31,239 bases of DNA. It comes from Opitutus sp. GAS368 (lineage in GTDB: Bacteria; Verrucomicrobiota; Verrucomicrobiia; Opitutales; Opitutaceae). Both the position numbers and the translations under genes were made by a program. Under the pieces are notes generated by a model. That model was not told the DNA's origin and did not search any database. It saw only the letters and a program-made list of their open reading frames with translations. The stretch lies in the NCBI GenBank assembly GCA_945861645.1, contig CAMAVZ010000022.1, forward strand, positions 1 to 31,239. Direction: 5' to 3'. Of the stretch, positions 9,466-18,746 are shown piece by piece (positions within the stretch are counted from its first letter, which is position 1; each line of letters starts with the position of its first letter).

Positions 9466-10893
9466 TTAGCGGACCATAAACGTGATGTAACGGAAGGCAC
9501 CGCGATAATAAACGAAGGCTAGATTGCGCCCATCCCGCAGCTCGCGCTTGGCCGAAGCGAGATCGGCGACCGGCACGCGATTCAATTGCACAATCACCGC
9601 CCCTTGCGGGAATATTTGCCGGTAAGCTGAACTTTCAGCTACTTCGGTCACAACCAGGCCATCCACTCGCTCATCGATGCGCATTTCCTTACGCACCTCG
9701 GGACTCAGCGCCGTCACGGTAACCCCCGGCAAGAATTCCCCGTTAGCCAAGCTATCATCAGGCAATTTACCTAGAGTCACTTCTTTGCTCTCCGGCTTAC
9801 CGCCGCGGATATATTTTACGGTGACTTTCGTTCCGGGCAAAGTCTGGGCGATGACGAGTCGCAGATCATCCCGCGTGGAGACCCCTTTATCGTTAATTGC
9901 GGTTATGATGTCCTCACGCTTCAACCCTGCCTTGGCGGCCGGGCCATCGGCGGGATTCAGATCAGTAATCACCACCCCTTTTGTGTCTTTGGGAAGACCA
10001 AACCCCTCCGCTTCATCAGCCGTCAGCGCTTGGGTCTGCACCCCGAGATAGCCCCGGGAAACGGTGCCCGTCTCGAGGAGACTGCTCATAATGCTGTTCG
10101 CCAGATTAATGGGGATGGAAAAACCGATACCGATATTGCCTGAGGACGTAGAAATAATAGCGGAATTGATACCCACGAGCCGACCGCGCGCGTCGATCAA
10201 CGCACCGCCCGAATTCCCTCGGTTAATGGCTGCATCCGTCTGGATGAAATCCTCATAACCAGCGACCTCTTCGAGAATACCGACCCGCCGACCAGTCGCG
10301 GAGACGATTCCCATCGTAACCGTCTGCCCAACCCCGAGAGGGTTTCCGATGGCGAATACAATATCACCCACGCGAAGCTTCGCGCTATCGGCCAAAGTGG
10401 CAGCCGGCAGATTCTCGGCGTCGATCTTGATGACCGCCACATCAGTTTTGGGATCAGTCCCGATCACCTTTGCGGTCAATTCGCGCTCGTCGTTGAGCAA
10501 TACCTTCAATTCATCCGCTCCCTCCACCACGTGATTATTCGTGATGATATAGCCATCTTTGGAAACAATGACGCCAGAGCCAAGTCCGCGTTGCGTCTGC
10601 TCCCCACCCTTCAGGCCTTGCTGACGGAGGAATTCCGGCACTTGTTGCTGCACCAGTTTGCTTGAATAAACTGAAACTACCGCTGGGCGGATGCTATCCA
10701 AGGCGTCGGCATAACTCGTAACGATGGCCGACTTAATTTCACTGATGGGCGTGGCATCAATTTTAAGGACGGGCTTCTTGACCGCATTTATTCCCTTGGT
10801 CGCCGCAGGTTGATCGGTGGTAGCCCCGTTAGCGGCCAGACCGATGGAGGAGAGGAACAACGCCGCCGCTAAAGCCGCCAAAGATATTTTCAT
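9466..10893 (-). CDS. degP: Do/DegQ family periplasmic serine endoprotease (HtrA) with PDZ domains
   Basis: Signal peptide; GLGSGVIV, TNNHVV, DPKTDVAV, IQTDAAINRGNSGG triad; PDZ RGYLGV. Confidence 0.92.
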   Translation of the reverse strand: MKISLAALAAALFLSSIGLAANGATTDQPAATKGINAVKKPVLKIDATPISEIKSAIVTSYADALDSIRPAVVSVYSSKLVQQQVPEFLRQQGLKGGEQTQRGLGSGVIVSKDGYIITNNHVVEGADELKVLLNDERELTAKVIGTDPKTDVAVIKIDAENLPAATLADSAKLRVGDIVFAIGNPLGVGQTVTMGIVSATGRRVGILEEVAGYEDFIQTDAAINRGNSGGALIDARGRLVGINSAIISTSSGNIGIGFSIPINLANSIMSSLLETGTVSRGYLGVQTQALTADEAEGFGLPKDTKGVVITDLNPADGPAAKAGLKREDIITAINDKGVSTRDDLRLVIAQTLPGTKVTVKYIRGGKPESKEVTLGKLPDDSLANGEFLPGVTVTALSPEVRKEMRIDERVDGLVVTEVAESSAYRQIFPQGAVIVQLNRVPVADLASAKRELRDGRNLAFVYYRGAFRYITFMVR

Positions 10894-10946
10894 AATAGAA
10901 TAGTGCGCACCAAGACAGCCGCCGCAAGGGGCAGTTCCACCCTAAA

Positions 10947-11894
10947 TCAGAAGCCCTTGATTTTAAATAAGCTAGTAACGCTTTCGTTAGTATTAATCCG
11001 CAAAATAGCCTCACCCAGCAAAGGCGCGATGCTGAGCACCGTAATCGGCAAACCCCGGGTTTCAATCGGCACCGAATTGGTGGTGATCAGCTCATCAATC
11101 AAACCACCCTGGAGGCGTTCGTAGGCTATTTCATTGAGCACACAGTGACTCACCGCGGCGCGGATACTTTTGGCACCATGCTCTTTCAAGATTTTAGCGG
11201 CCGCCGTAAGCGTGCCAGCTGTTTCCGTAATATCATCAACCAGCAGCACATCGCAGCCATCGACCTCACCCACGATGCTCATGGCCTTGACCGAGGTCGA
11301 ACTCGTACGCTTTTTTGCCACCAGACCCAAGGAAGCGCCCAAGACATCGGCATAGGCTGAGGCCATTTTCATCCCCCCGATATCAGGAGAAAACACCACC
11401 AAATTGTTAAAACGCTGCGTCGCAAGATACTGAAAGAAAACGGGTGAAGCAAAAAGATGGTCTACCGGAATATCGAAAAAGCCCTGAATTTGCTGACTAT
11501 GTAAATCCATCGTCAGCACGCGGTGCGCGCCTGCTGACATGAGCAAATTAGCCACCAGTTTAGCCGTAATCGGCACGCGCGGTTGATCCTTACGATCTTG
11601 GCGGGCGTAACCATAAAAGGGAATGACCGCCGTAATGCGCTGCGCCGAAGCCCGCTTCGCGGCATCGATCATAATCAGCAGTTCCATCAAGTGATGATTG
11701 GTCGGCGGACACGTAGATTGGATGAAGTAAGCATCCGCGCCGCGGATGTTTTCATTAATTTTGACAAAAGATTCACCGTCGGGAAAGCAACTTACCGTCG
11801 CATCGCCCAAGGGGACGCTGATGGACTGGCAAATCTCCTCTGCCAGTGCGCGATTGGATGAGCCAGAAAATATCTTGAGCTTCGTGTCCGTCAT
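10947..11894 (-). CDS. prs: ribose-phosphate pyrophosphokinase
   Basis: FPDGE, PFYGYARQDRK, MDLHSQQIQGFFDIPVD and VDDITETAGTL. Confidence 0.96.
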   Translation of the reverse strand: MTDTKLKIFSGSSNRALAEEICQSISVPLGDATVSCFPDGESFVKINENIRGADAYFIQSTCPPTNHHLMELLIMIDAAKRASAQRITAVIPFYGYARQDRKDQPRVPITAKLVANLLMSAGAHRVLTMDLHSQQIQGFFDIPVDHLFASPVFFQYLATQRFNNLVVFSPDIGGMKMASAYADVLGASLGLVAKKRTSSTSVKAMSIVGEVDGCDVLLVDDITETAGTLTAAAKILKEHGAKSIRAAVSHCVLNEIAYERLQGGLIDELITTNSVPIETRGLPITVLSIAPLLGEAILRINTNESVTSLFKIKGF

Positions 11895-12210
11895 GACCTG
11901 CTAATTAACGGAGAAAGGGGCGAGCGCGAAGGTTATTTTATTTTTTCTCACCGCTATTGATCAATTTATAGCCCGGTCAGCACTACACGGGGACTGGGGT
12001 TAAATTTTATGACAATTTTGGGCGAATCAGCTGCTTCCGTTACCCGGAGATGATAGCCAGCGACGCTCAGCGCGCGCGGTGACCTTCCGATTGACGCTGA
12101 TTGCAGCAGCGTTGCTGGCCACTGGCGGTCTTTTGCGCTGACAGCATATTCCTATCAAGCGATGTGCTTAGTGCAAATTTCTAGCTAGTATCCGCGACCG
12201 CGCTGAGCAT

Positions 12211-12237
12211 AAAAAAACCCTGTTCCTATGAACAGGG
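12211..12237 (-). terminator. intrinsic terminator after skp
   Basis: CCCTGTTC-CTAT-GAACAGGG hairpin followed by T7 on the minus strand, 18 nt past the skp stop. Confidence 0.8.
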
Positions 12238-12255
12238 CCAGAGCGGGGGCAGCAG

Positions 12256-12897
12256 TTACTTCTTCTCGCTGACGGGCGCAGCCGCGGCCGGGGCCGCCAC
12301 CGTTGGCTTAGCCGCAGGAGCGGGCCGATCCTTGTTTACCTCTTGCACCACTTCTTCCGTCATATCGTAGGAGGGATCAGCATAAAGCACGCTGGGGATG
12401 CCAAAGAGAGTCGGGCCAGATTTATCAACAACCAAAGTTGCGCCGCGGAGCTTGGCTAGGTTGTTTACGATCTTGGTGATTTCCTCGAGGAGAAGATCGC
12501 GATGGGTCTTGATCCGCTGCTGCAGCGAACGCTGGGTGTTAGTCCGGAAATTCTGCACCTCACCCTGCTTACGCTGAATGTCTTCCATTTTCTTTTGGGC
12601 CTCAACCTCTGCCTTGCCGCGGGCTTCAACCGTCAAGACGGTGTTCTTGGATTGCTCCGTGAGCTCCTTATATTCGTCGACCATCGACTGACCCTGTTTA
12701 TTAAGTTCTTCGACCTGTTCGGTCGCTTTTTGCTCAGCATCGCGAAACTTGAGGTTGGCCTCTTCCGTTTTGTAATGGCTGTCGTAAACTTTAGCCATAT
12801 CAACAACGATGAGCTTAAACGCTGGCTGCGCGAGCAGAGCGATCGAACTAGCGCCGAAAGCGGCCAAGGTGAGGAGGGAGCGGATCATCTTATTCAT
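12256..12897 (-). CDS. skp: OmpH/Skp periplasmic chaperone
   Basis: Directly downstream of bamA; signal peptide from MNKMIRSLL; LIVVDMAKVY start, long coiled-coil, LVVDKSG..VLYAD..DMTEEV end. Start trimmed from the ORF track (12936) to ATG 12897. Confidence 0.88.
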   Translation of the reverse strand: MNKMIRSLLTLAAFGASSIALLAQPAFKLIVVDMAKVYDSHYKTEEANLKFRDAEQKATEQVEELNKQGQSMVDEYKELTEQSKNTVLTVEARGKAEVEAQKKMEDIQRKQGEVQNFRTNTQRSLQQRIKTHRDLLLEEITKIVNNLAKLRGATLVVDKSGPTLFGIPSVLYADPSYDMTEEVVQEVNKDRPAPAAKPTVAAPAAAAPVSEKK

Positions 12898-12919
12898 AGC
12901 GGGATGGATATATGAGGGG

Positions 12920-15358
12920 TTAGAAGCGGGTACCAAAGGAGAAGTTAAATTGCGTCCCCTTTTTGTTAAATTTATCGCTGGTTAAGGGAACACCAAAATC
13001 GAGGCTGAGCGGGGCGCCGGCGACAAAGAGGCGGAGACCGAGCCCGACGTTGTCGTTGTATTGGGCGGGGCTAAAGTCGTACGCATCTTTGTTGGCAAAG
13101 CCCCCATCGTAGAAGAAGGCGAAGCGGACCGGCTTAACGACATCGAAAGAATATTCTAAGCTGACAAACCCATAGGTTTTACCGCCAATGGGTTCACCAC
13201 CGGCGTCCTTGGGCCCGACGGTGCGAAACTCAAAGCCGCGGAGCGTTTGCGGGCCGCCCAAGAAGAATCGATCGTAGAAGGGCACATCCGGAATATAACT
13301 AAAGCTCTGGGTTTGGGCGACCCCCTGGCTATCAAAATAGTTGATGGTTTTAGTCTGGCTCTTGGCGCTGGCGCCAAAGCTCTCCGTTACACCGACTCGC
13401 CCGATCAAAGAAATCACTTGCTCCTGGAATTCAGCGATGGGGAAGAATTTCGAACCACGGAACTCCATTTGGTAATAATTATTATCTCCCCCGAGTGGGC
13501 CGCCGGCCACATTGAGGGAAAGCGATCCATAATTACCGCGCGTAGTGTTGATCATTTTATCGCGCGTATCTTGCGTGAGGCTTAGCCCGACTTTGGAGGT
13601 GCTCGTTTTGCCGGAAGCAGCCAGAATCGGGAATGGCGCCTCCGCCGCGACGTTGCCAATATCAACCACCTCATAGACGTACGAGAGCCGTCCCTCGAGC
13701 CAGTTGAATAGCCGCTTGCGCAGGTAGACTTCTGCGCCCGTACGGATTTCCTGATAATAAGAACTATTATATTCCGAGGTCGTGCGAAAAGCCTGAAAGC
13801 CTAAAGCCAACTCCCGCTCGAACAACCAAGGTTCTTCGAAAGCGAGGACGACCTCACTGCTTTGAGAACCAATCTGGAAACGCAGGCGGAATTTTTGGCC
13901 ATCCCCTTGGAAAAATGACCGCCGATTAAATAAATCGAAATTGGATTGGGTGATCTCCGCAAAAACCACCGCGCGCTCCAGCGAACTAAAGCCAGCGCCA
14001 AAAGTCAGGTTGCCGGTGCGGGCCTCTCGGACGGAAATCTTTAAATTACGGCGGCCAGGAATATTGGTCGACTCCGGCGTCACATTAATGGGGTCCTCGA
14101 AGAAGCGGGTATTTTCTAGACGCAGCTTGCTAATTTTTAGCATCACTGAACTGAAAACATCGCCGGGACCGATTACCAATTCGCGCAAAATAACGATGCT
14201 CTTGGTTTTACTATTACCCTCGATCTTGACCGACTCGACTTGGAATTTCTCGCTCTCGTTAATCTGATACTCCAAATCGATATTCCCAGTTTGCAAATTG
14301 GGTTTCCGCACCAAGCGCACGCGCGTTTCAAGGTAGCCATCGCGACCATAAAATTCTTCCATCGTTTCGACGTCTTTATCCAACTTGGAAGGCGTGAAAA
14401 CGTCGCCCTTTCGCTGCCGCGGCAGATAGTTTAGCAAACGCGCGGGATAGAGTTTGTTGCCGGTAAAGGTGATTTCGCCGATTTTATAGCGACGCCCTTC
14501 GTTCACTCGAATCGTAATGGCCAGTCGATCCGGCTTCGGATAATCAAAGGAGATTTTGTCCTCAGCAATTTCGACATCGAGGTACCCCTCTTCCTTAAAA
14601 TAATCGCGCAGTTTTTCGAGGTCGGTATCAAACTCGTCATCCTTTAATCGGCCGCCGCCAGTGAGCCAGGAGAACATATTCCATTTCTTGGTCTCGATCT
14701 CTCCGCGCAGCTTGCGGGCTTTGACATGGTCGTTGCCGATGAAATTAATAGTGCTGATGCGAACCTTGGCGCCTTCCCGCACCTTAAAGGTGACCGTGGC
14801 GAAACCTGTGCTCCGGTTGCGGTCCAAGCTGAAAGTCACCTGGGCCTGGTTGAAGCCATTTTTCTGATAAAATTCGTAGATCTTCTGCGCATCGTCCTTG
14901 ATCTGACGTTCGTCCAGCGCCCCGTTAGCCACGGTCTTGATCTCTTTCTGTAAACGCTTCTCCTTGTATGCTTTATTACCTTCGTAACGCACGCCAAGCA
15001 CTCGAAATTTTGGCGTCACTTCCAGCACTAAATTCACCCCATTGCCGGTAGTCGTCTCACGCTTTACCTCAATAAATTCAAATAACCCAGTCTTGTAAAG
15101 TGAGCGGATGTCGCGATCAATCAGCGATTCATCAAGGTCCGTATCTTCACGCAGGGCCATATTAGCCCGCACGATTTGCTCGTTAACATTGGCCATGCCC
15201 ACGAACTTGACGGTAACAGTTCCAATATGATAAACTGGCTCAGCCTCGGCGGGAGGTTGGTCTGCAGCAGTTTGGGCTACGGACATAGCCCACCCCGAAA
15301 ACAGGGAAATTAATAGAAGCAGAACCCGGAAAATCGGGTTATGGGGTGAAGTTTTCAA
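12920..15358 (-). CDS. bamA: outer membrane protein assembly factor BamA
   Basis: Five POTRA-like repeats, barrel start TGNLTFGAGFSS, RFFLGG..LRGF motif, C-terminal FNFSFGTRF; TTG start needed to include the signal peptide. Confidence 0.95.
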   Translation of the reverse strand: MKTSPHNPIFRVLLLLISLFSGWAMSVAQTAADQPPAEAEPVYHIGTVTVKFVGMANVNEQIVRANMALREDTDLDESLIDRDIRSLYKTGLFEFIEVKRETTTGNGVNLVLEVTPKFRVLGVRYEGNKAYKEKRLQKEIKTVANGALDERQIKDDAQKIYEFYQKNGFNQAQVTFSLDRNRSTGFATVTFKVREGAKVRISTINFIGNDHVKARKLRGEIETKKWNMFSWLTGGGRLKDDEFDTDLEKLRDYFKEEGYLDVEIAEDKISFDYPKPDRLAITIRVNEGRRYKIGEITFTGNKLYPARLLNYLPRQRKGDVFTPSKLDKDVETMEEFYGRDGYLETRVRLVRKPNLQTGNIDLEYQINESEKFQVESVKIEGNSKTKSIVILRELVIGPGDVFSSVMLKISKLRLENTRFFEDPINVTPESTNIPGRRNLKISVREARTGNLTFGAGFSSLERAVVFAEITQSNFDLFNRRSFFQGDGQKFRLRFQIGSQSSEVVLAFEEPWLFERELALGFQAFRTTSEYNSSYYQEIRTGAEVYLRKRLFNWLEGRLSYVYEVVDIGNVAAEAPFPILAASGKTSTSKVGLSLTQDTRDKMINTTRGNYGSLSLNVAGGPLGGDNNYYQMEFRGSKFFPIAEFQEQVISLIGRVGVTESFGASAKSQTKTINYFDSQGVAQTQSFSYIPDVPFYDRFFLGGPQTLRGFEFRTVGPKDAGGEPIGGKTYGFVSLEYSFDVVKPVRFAFFYDGGFANKDAYDFSPAQYNDNVGLGLRLFVAGAPLSLDFGVPLTSDKFNKKGTQFNFSFGTRF

Positions 15359-16748
15359 AGCGTGTAATTTCTTGAAGGAAAGTTAGTTTCAAATCACCTA
15401 CCGGTCCATTACGCTGCTTGGCAACGATTAAATCCACCGCGTTGGCAGCGGTCTGAAATTTCTCATCAGCGTCTTTAGGGCGAGATAGCATTATGACGAC
15501 GTCGGCATCTTGCTCGATGGAGCCTGATTCACGCAAATCCGACAAGCGGGGAGTGCGATTATCCTTTTCCGAGGAGCGGTTTAGCTGGCTTAGAACAATA
15601 ACGGGGAGATCTAGTTCCTTCGCCATCGCCTTTAATCCACGCGAAACTTCTGCCACCTGCTGCTCACGCGGGGCACGCGGATCGGTGCCATTGATGAGTT
15701 GAAGATAATCAACGATGACTAAACCGAGCTTTTTGCGGGCGTAAATGCGTCGGGCTTTAGCCCGCATCTCCATGATAGTTAATGAGCTAGAATCGTCAAC
15801 GAGGATAGGAGTTTTCTTGAATTCCTCTGCCGCCTGACCGAGCGCATTGACCTCTCGACCGTCGCGGCCGACCAAACCGTCGCGCAGCAATTTCATATTC
15901 ACCCGTGAGCGAGCACAAAGCATACGCAGCGCGAGTTGCGCTGAACTCATTTCCAGTGAAAAAATAAGCGTGGGCACCGGATCACCTTTGCCGGGCTTAG
16001 GGAGCGCGGCAGCTTCCGCAATATTGAGCGCAAAACTGGTCTTACCCATCGAGGGACGGGCCGCGATGATGATCATCTCCTGCCGTTGAAAACCAAAGGT
16101 CATCGCATCGAGGTCCTTAAACCCAGACGTCACCCCAGTCAGCTCACCCTTTTTCATGAGTAGCTTTGCGATGACAGTATTAGCCTCCTTGATCGATTCC
16201 TTGAGTTCCTGGGCGCTGTCGCTCACGCGATCTTGGGTGACCTTGAAAAGATCTTGCTCGACCTTATCGACGAACTCCTCGAGCCCACCGGAAAAGCTGT
16301 AAGCTTGTTCAACCGCCCCCGTCGCCACTTTAATCAGCTCACGCAAGAGGTGCTTCTCCCGAACCTTCTCAATAAAATAGCCCGCATGTGCCGTGGTCGG
16401 AATCTTATTGGTGACCTGCATCAGGTAGGCGAACCCACCAACGGCCTCTAATTGACGGCGAGTTTTCAATTCCTCGGCGAGCACCTCAAGCGTCACTGGG
16501 GTGCTCTTCTGATAGAGTTCGGTAATCACCTCAAAAAGCAGGCGATTCGCTGGCACATAAAAAAAATCACCCGCTAAACGGGCCTCCAAACAGCGGGCCA
16601 CTGTGTCGCTGCCATCGAGCAGACAACACGCGATTACATGCTCCTCGGCCTCCGTGCTGTAAGGCGGGGATCGTTCCGGCCGAGCAGACGGTAGGATCTG
16701 CTCAGCGGCTGGCTGACCACGCCGGGAAATATCAGGCGCTTGGGCCAT
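15339..16748 (-). CDS. dnaB: replicative DNA helicase
   Basis: PPYSTEAE, Walker A AARPSMGKT, FSLEMS, VDYLQL, LSQLNR, LSDLRESGSIEQDAD and KQRNGP; no intein. Confidence 0.97.
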   Translation of the reverse strand: MAQAPDISRRGQPAAEQILPSARPERSPPYSTEAEEHVIACCLLDGSDTVARCLEARLAGDFFYVPANRLLFEVITELYQKSTPVTLEVLAEELKTRRQLEAVGGFAYLMQVTNKIPTTAHAGYFIEKVREKHLLRELIKVATGAVEQAYSFSGGLEEFVDKVEQDLFKVTQDRVSDSAQELKESIKEANTVIAKLLMKKGELTGVTSGFKDLDAMTFGFQRQEMIIIAARPSMGKTSFALNIAEAAALPKPGKGDPVPTLIFSLEMSSAQLALRMLCARSRVNMKLLRDGLVGRDGREVNALGQAAEEFKKTPILVDDSSSLTIMEMRAKARRIYARKKLGLVIVDYLQLINGTDPRAPREQQVAEVSRGLKAMAKELDLPVIVLSQLNRSSEKDNRTPRLSDLRESGSIEQDADVVIMLSRPKDADEKFQTAANAVDLIVAKQRNGPVGDLKLTFLQEITRFENFTP

Positions 16749-16778
16749 GTCCGGTCAAAATCGAACGTCGCCGAGACG

Positions 16779-17255
16779 TTACTGAGCCGCCGGCTCGATC
16801 GGGTTTTCGGAAACGACGTCGATCGACAAATCGACGCTGACCTCAGCGTGCAACTTGATCTTCACTTCGTGTTTACCAAGCGTCTTGATCGGATCGCCCA
16901 GATGAATGCGGCGCTTCTCAATGGTAATACCAGCGGCCACCAGCTTCTCATGGATATCATTCGAAGTGACTGCGCCGAAGAGTTTTCCGCCCTCGCCCGT
17001 CTTAACGGCGATGGCGATGCCGACCTTCTGGATCTGCTTCGCTAAAGCCTGGGCCCCATCGAGCTCTTGGACTTCGCGGAGACCGCGGGCCTTCTTCAGG
17101 GCTTCGACGCGTTTGCGATTAGCCACGGTGAGCGGCACTGCTTTGCCTTGGGGCAAAAGATAATTGCGCGCGTAACCGGCGCGAACATTGACCTGGTCGC
17201 CTTCGGCGCCAAGGCCGTCGACCGGTTTGAGGAGGAGGATTTCGTGATTAGCCAT
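16779..17255 (-). CDS. rplI: 50S ribosomal protein L9
   Basis: LGAEGDQVNVRAGYARNYLLP, GKLFGAVT and PIKTLGKHEV. Confidence 0.97.
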   Translation of the reverse strand: MANHEILLLKPVDGLGAEGDQVNVRAGYARNYLLPQGKAVPLTVANRKRVEALKKARGLREVQELDGAQALAKQIQKVGIAIAVKTGEGGKLFGAVTSNDIHEKLVAAGITIEKRRIHLGDPIKTLGKHEVKIKLHAEVSVDLSIDVVSENPIEPAAQ

Positions 17256-17306
17256 GATCGGATCTGGGTTGATGAATTGAGTTTAAATTAATGGTAAGCC
17301 GGTGCC

Positions 17307-17783
17307 TTAAAACGGCACATCTTCGTCGAGATTTTCCTGCGCGGCAGGGGCGGCAGACTTTGGGGCGCTACTGCGGGGAGCAGGAGCGGCATAACGGGGC
17401 TCGCTGCCGCCCTCGCCCCCACCCGCACCCGGCGCAGCACCATCAGCTCGCCCGCTACCAAGAAACTGGAAATTCTCTAAAACAACCTTCATCCGACTGC
17501 GCTTTTCTTTGGTCGTTTTGTCTTCCCATTGATCAAGCCGCAACCGGCCTTCCACAAAAAGAGGACGCCCCTTGGTGCAATATTTGGCGATCGTTTCGCC
17601 CTGCTTGCTCCAAGCCTCGACGTCGATGTACGTAACCTCTTCCCGCTCGCCACCGCTCTCGTCCTTGAATTTACGATTCACCGCGAGGCTGAACTGACAA
17701 ATGGCCGTGCCCTTGGGCGTGACCCGCAGTTCGGGATCACGCGTCAGATTGCCGATAAGCATCACTTTGTTAAGATTGGCCAT
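17307..17783 (-). CDS. ssb: single-stranded DNA-binding protein
   Basis: NKVMLIGNLTRDPELR, VEGRL and acidic tail EDVPF. Confidence 0.97.
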   Translation of the reverse strand: MANLNKVMLIGNLTRDPELRVTPKGTAICQFSLAVNRKFKDESGGEREEVTYIDVEAWSKQGETIAKYCTKGRPLFVEGRLRLDQWEDKTTKEKRSRMKVVLENFQFLGSGRADGAAPGAGGGEGGSEPRYAAPAPRSSAPKSAAPAAQENLDEDVPF

Positions 17784-17810
17784 GGTGGTAGGGGTAAAGA
17801 GAGGTCGTCT

Positions 17811-18107
17811 TTAAACGTTCTGCACCAGCGCGCGGTAGACCGTGCTGTTCAGCCGCAGGCGCTCGTGCAGTTGGGCCGGCGCCGCCGCGGGGGCCGCGAA
17901 ATTCACTTGAAAATAAACCCCGCCAGGAAATTTAGCGTCAGTCTTGCGCACGAACTCGCGGCGGCCGAGATTTTCGACCGCGGTGACTTCGCCTTGCACG
18001 GCGACGATCTCTTTCTTCACGCTCTCGATGATTTGCTCCACGGAGTCTTCTTTGCCGCGGTTATCGAGGATGATGGTGGCTTTGTAATTACGCTTATTCT
18101 GGCTCAT
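17811..18107 (-). CDS. rpsF: 30S ribosomal protein S6
   Basis: 98 aa, RNYKATIIL..ENLGRREF..GVYFQVNF..LRLNSTVYRALV pattern; directly upstream of ssb. Confidence 0.88.
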   Translation of the reverse strand: MSQNKRNYKATIILDNRGKEDSVEQIIESVKKEIVAVQGEVTAVENLGRREFVRKTDAKFPGGVYFQVNFAAPAAAPAQLHERLRLNSTVYRALVQNV

Positions 18108-18687
18108 GGTGGTCTCGGCGGTTAAGGGTGTTCATGGCTTCAGCCTGCCCGCGATTAATTAGCAGGCGGAGGCCGTCCACAAAGGTGGTTAGTTTTTGAT
18201 CAATTAGTATGGTTTGTTCGGGAGAAAATTTTTCGAGCACAAAGTCTTTGATGTCCATCGCGGCGGGTCGCGGTGACCCGATGCCGAGCCGGTAGCGAAC
18301 GAATCCGCTGCCGAGGTGCTCAAGGAGGCTGGCCACGCCGTTGTGACCGCCGGCACTGCCGCTGACTGAAACTTTCACTCGGCCAAGGTCGATCGTAAGA
18401 TCGTCGTAGGCGACGATGAGGGCATCGACCGCAATTTTATGAAAATTGAGCAAGGCGCGCAAAGCGCGTCCGCTATCATTCATAAAGGTTTGCGGTTTCA
18501 CCAACAAGCGAGTGACCCCAGGCCGAGCGTCCCAACGAGCGATTTCGATCTCGAAGCGGGATTCAGTTTTCCACTTGAGACCTTCGGCGGCAGCTAACGC
18601 CTCAACCACGGTAAAACCGAGGTTGTGACGGGTGCCGGCGTATTCGCGCCCAGGATTGCCCAGACCAGCGATCAGCGTGATAGACAT
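18094..18687 (-). CDS. pth: peptidyl-tRNA hydrolase
   Basis: LIAGLGNPG..TRHNLGF, KPQTFMNDSG, YDDL, GSAGGHNG and RLGIG. Confidence 0.96.
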   Translation of the reverse strand: MSITLIAGLGNPGREYAGTRHNLGFTVVEALAAAEGLKWKTESRFEIEIARWDARPGVTRLLVKPQTFMNDSGRALRALLNFHKIAVDALIVAYDDLTIDLGRVKVSVSGSAGGHNGVASLLEHLGSGFVRYRLGIGSPRPAAMDIKDFVLEKFSPEQTILIDQKLTTFVDGLRLLINRGQAEAMNTLNRRDHHEPE

Positions 18688-18709
18688 GACTCAAAGAACA
18701 GCGTGCAAA

Positions 18710-18737
18710 ACGGCTGACCCGCGAACGGGCTGGCCGT
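18710..18737 (-). terminator. UUCG-capped hairpin between rplY and pth (partial terminator or mRNA stabiliser)
   Basis: Minus strand ACGGC-CAG-CCCG-TTCG-CGGG-TCA-GCCGT followed by only TTTG. Confidence 0.45.
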
Positions 18738-18746
18738 GAACTAAAA

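Noticed and set aside
9297..9479. 60-aa TTG ORF after GH78
   Set aside because: Runs through the terminator into degP and has no protein-like features
12139..12141. Selenocysteine or readthrough at the micro-ORF TGA
   Set aside because: Readthrough adds only about 10 codons and there is no redox motif context
11895..12255. lpxD pseudogene in the skp-prs gap
   Set aside because: The minus-strand frames I translated show no hexapeptide repeats or LpxD-like sequence
15339..16748. Intein in DnaB
   Set aside because: Normal length of 469 aa with contiguous helicase motifs
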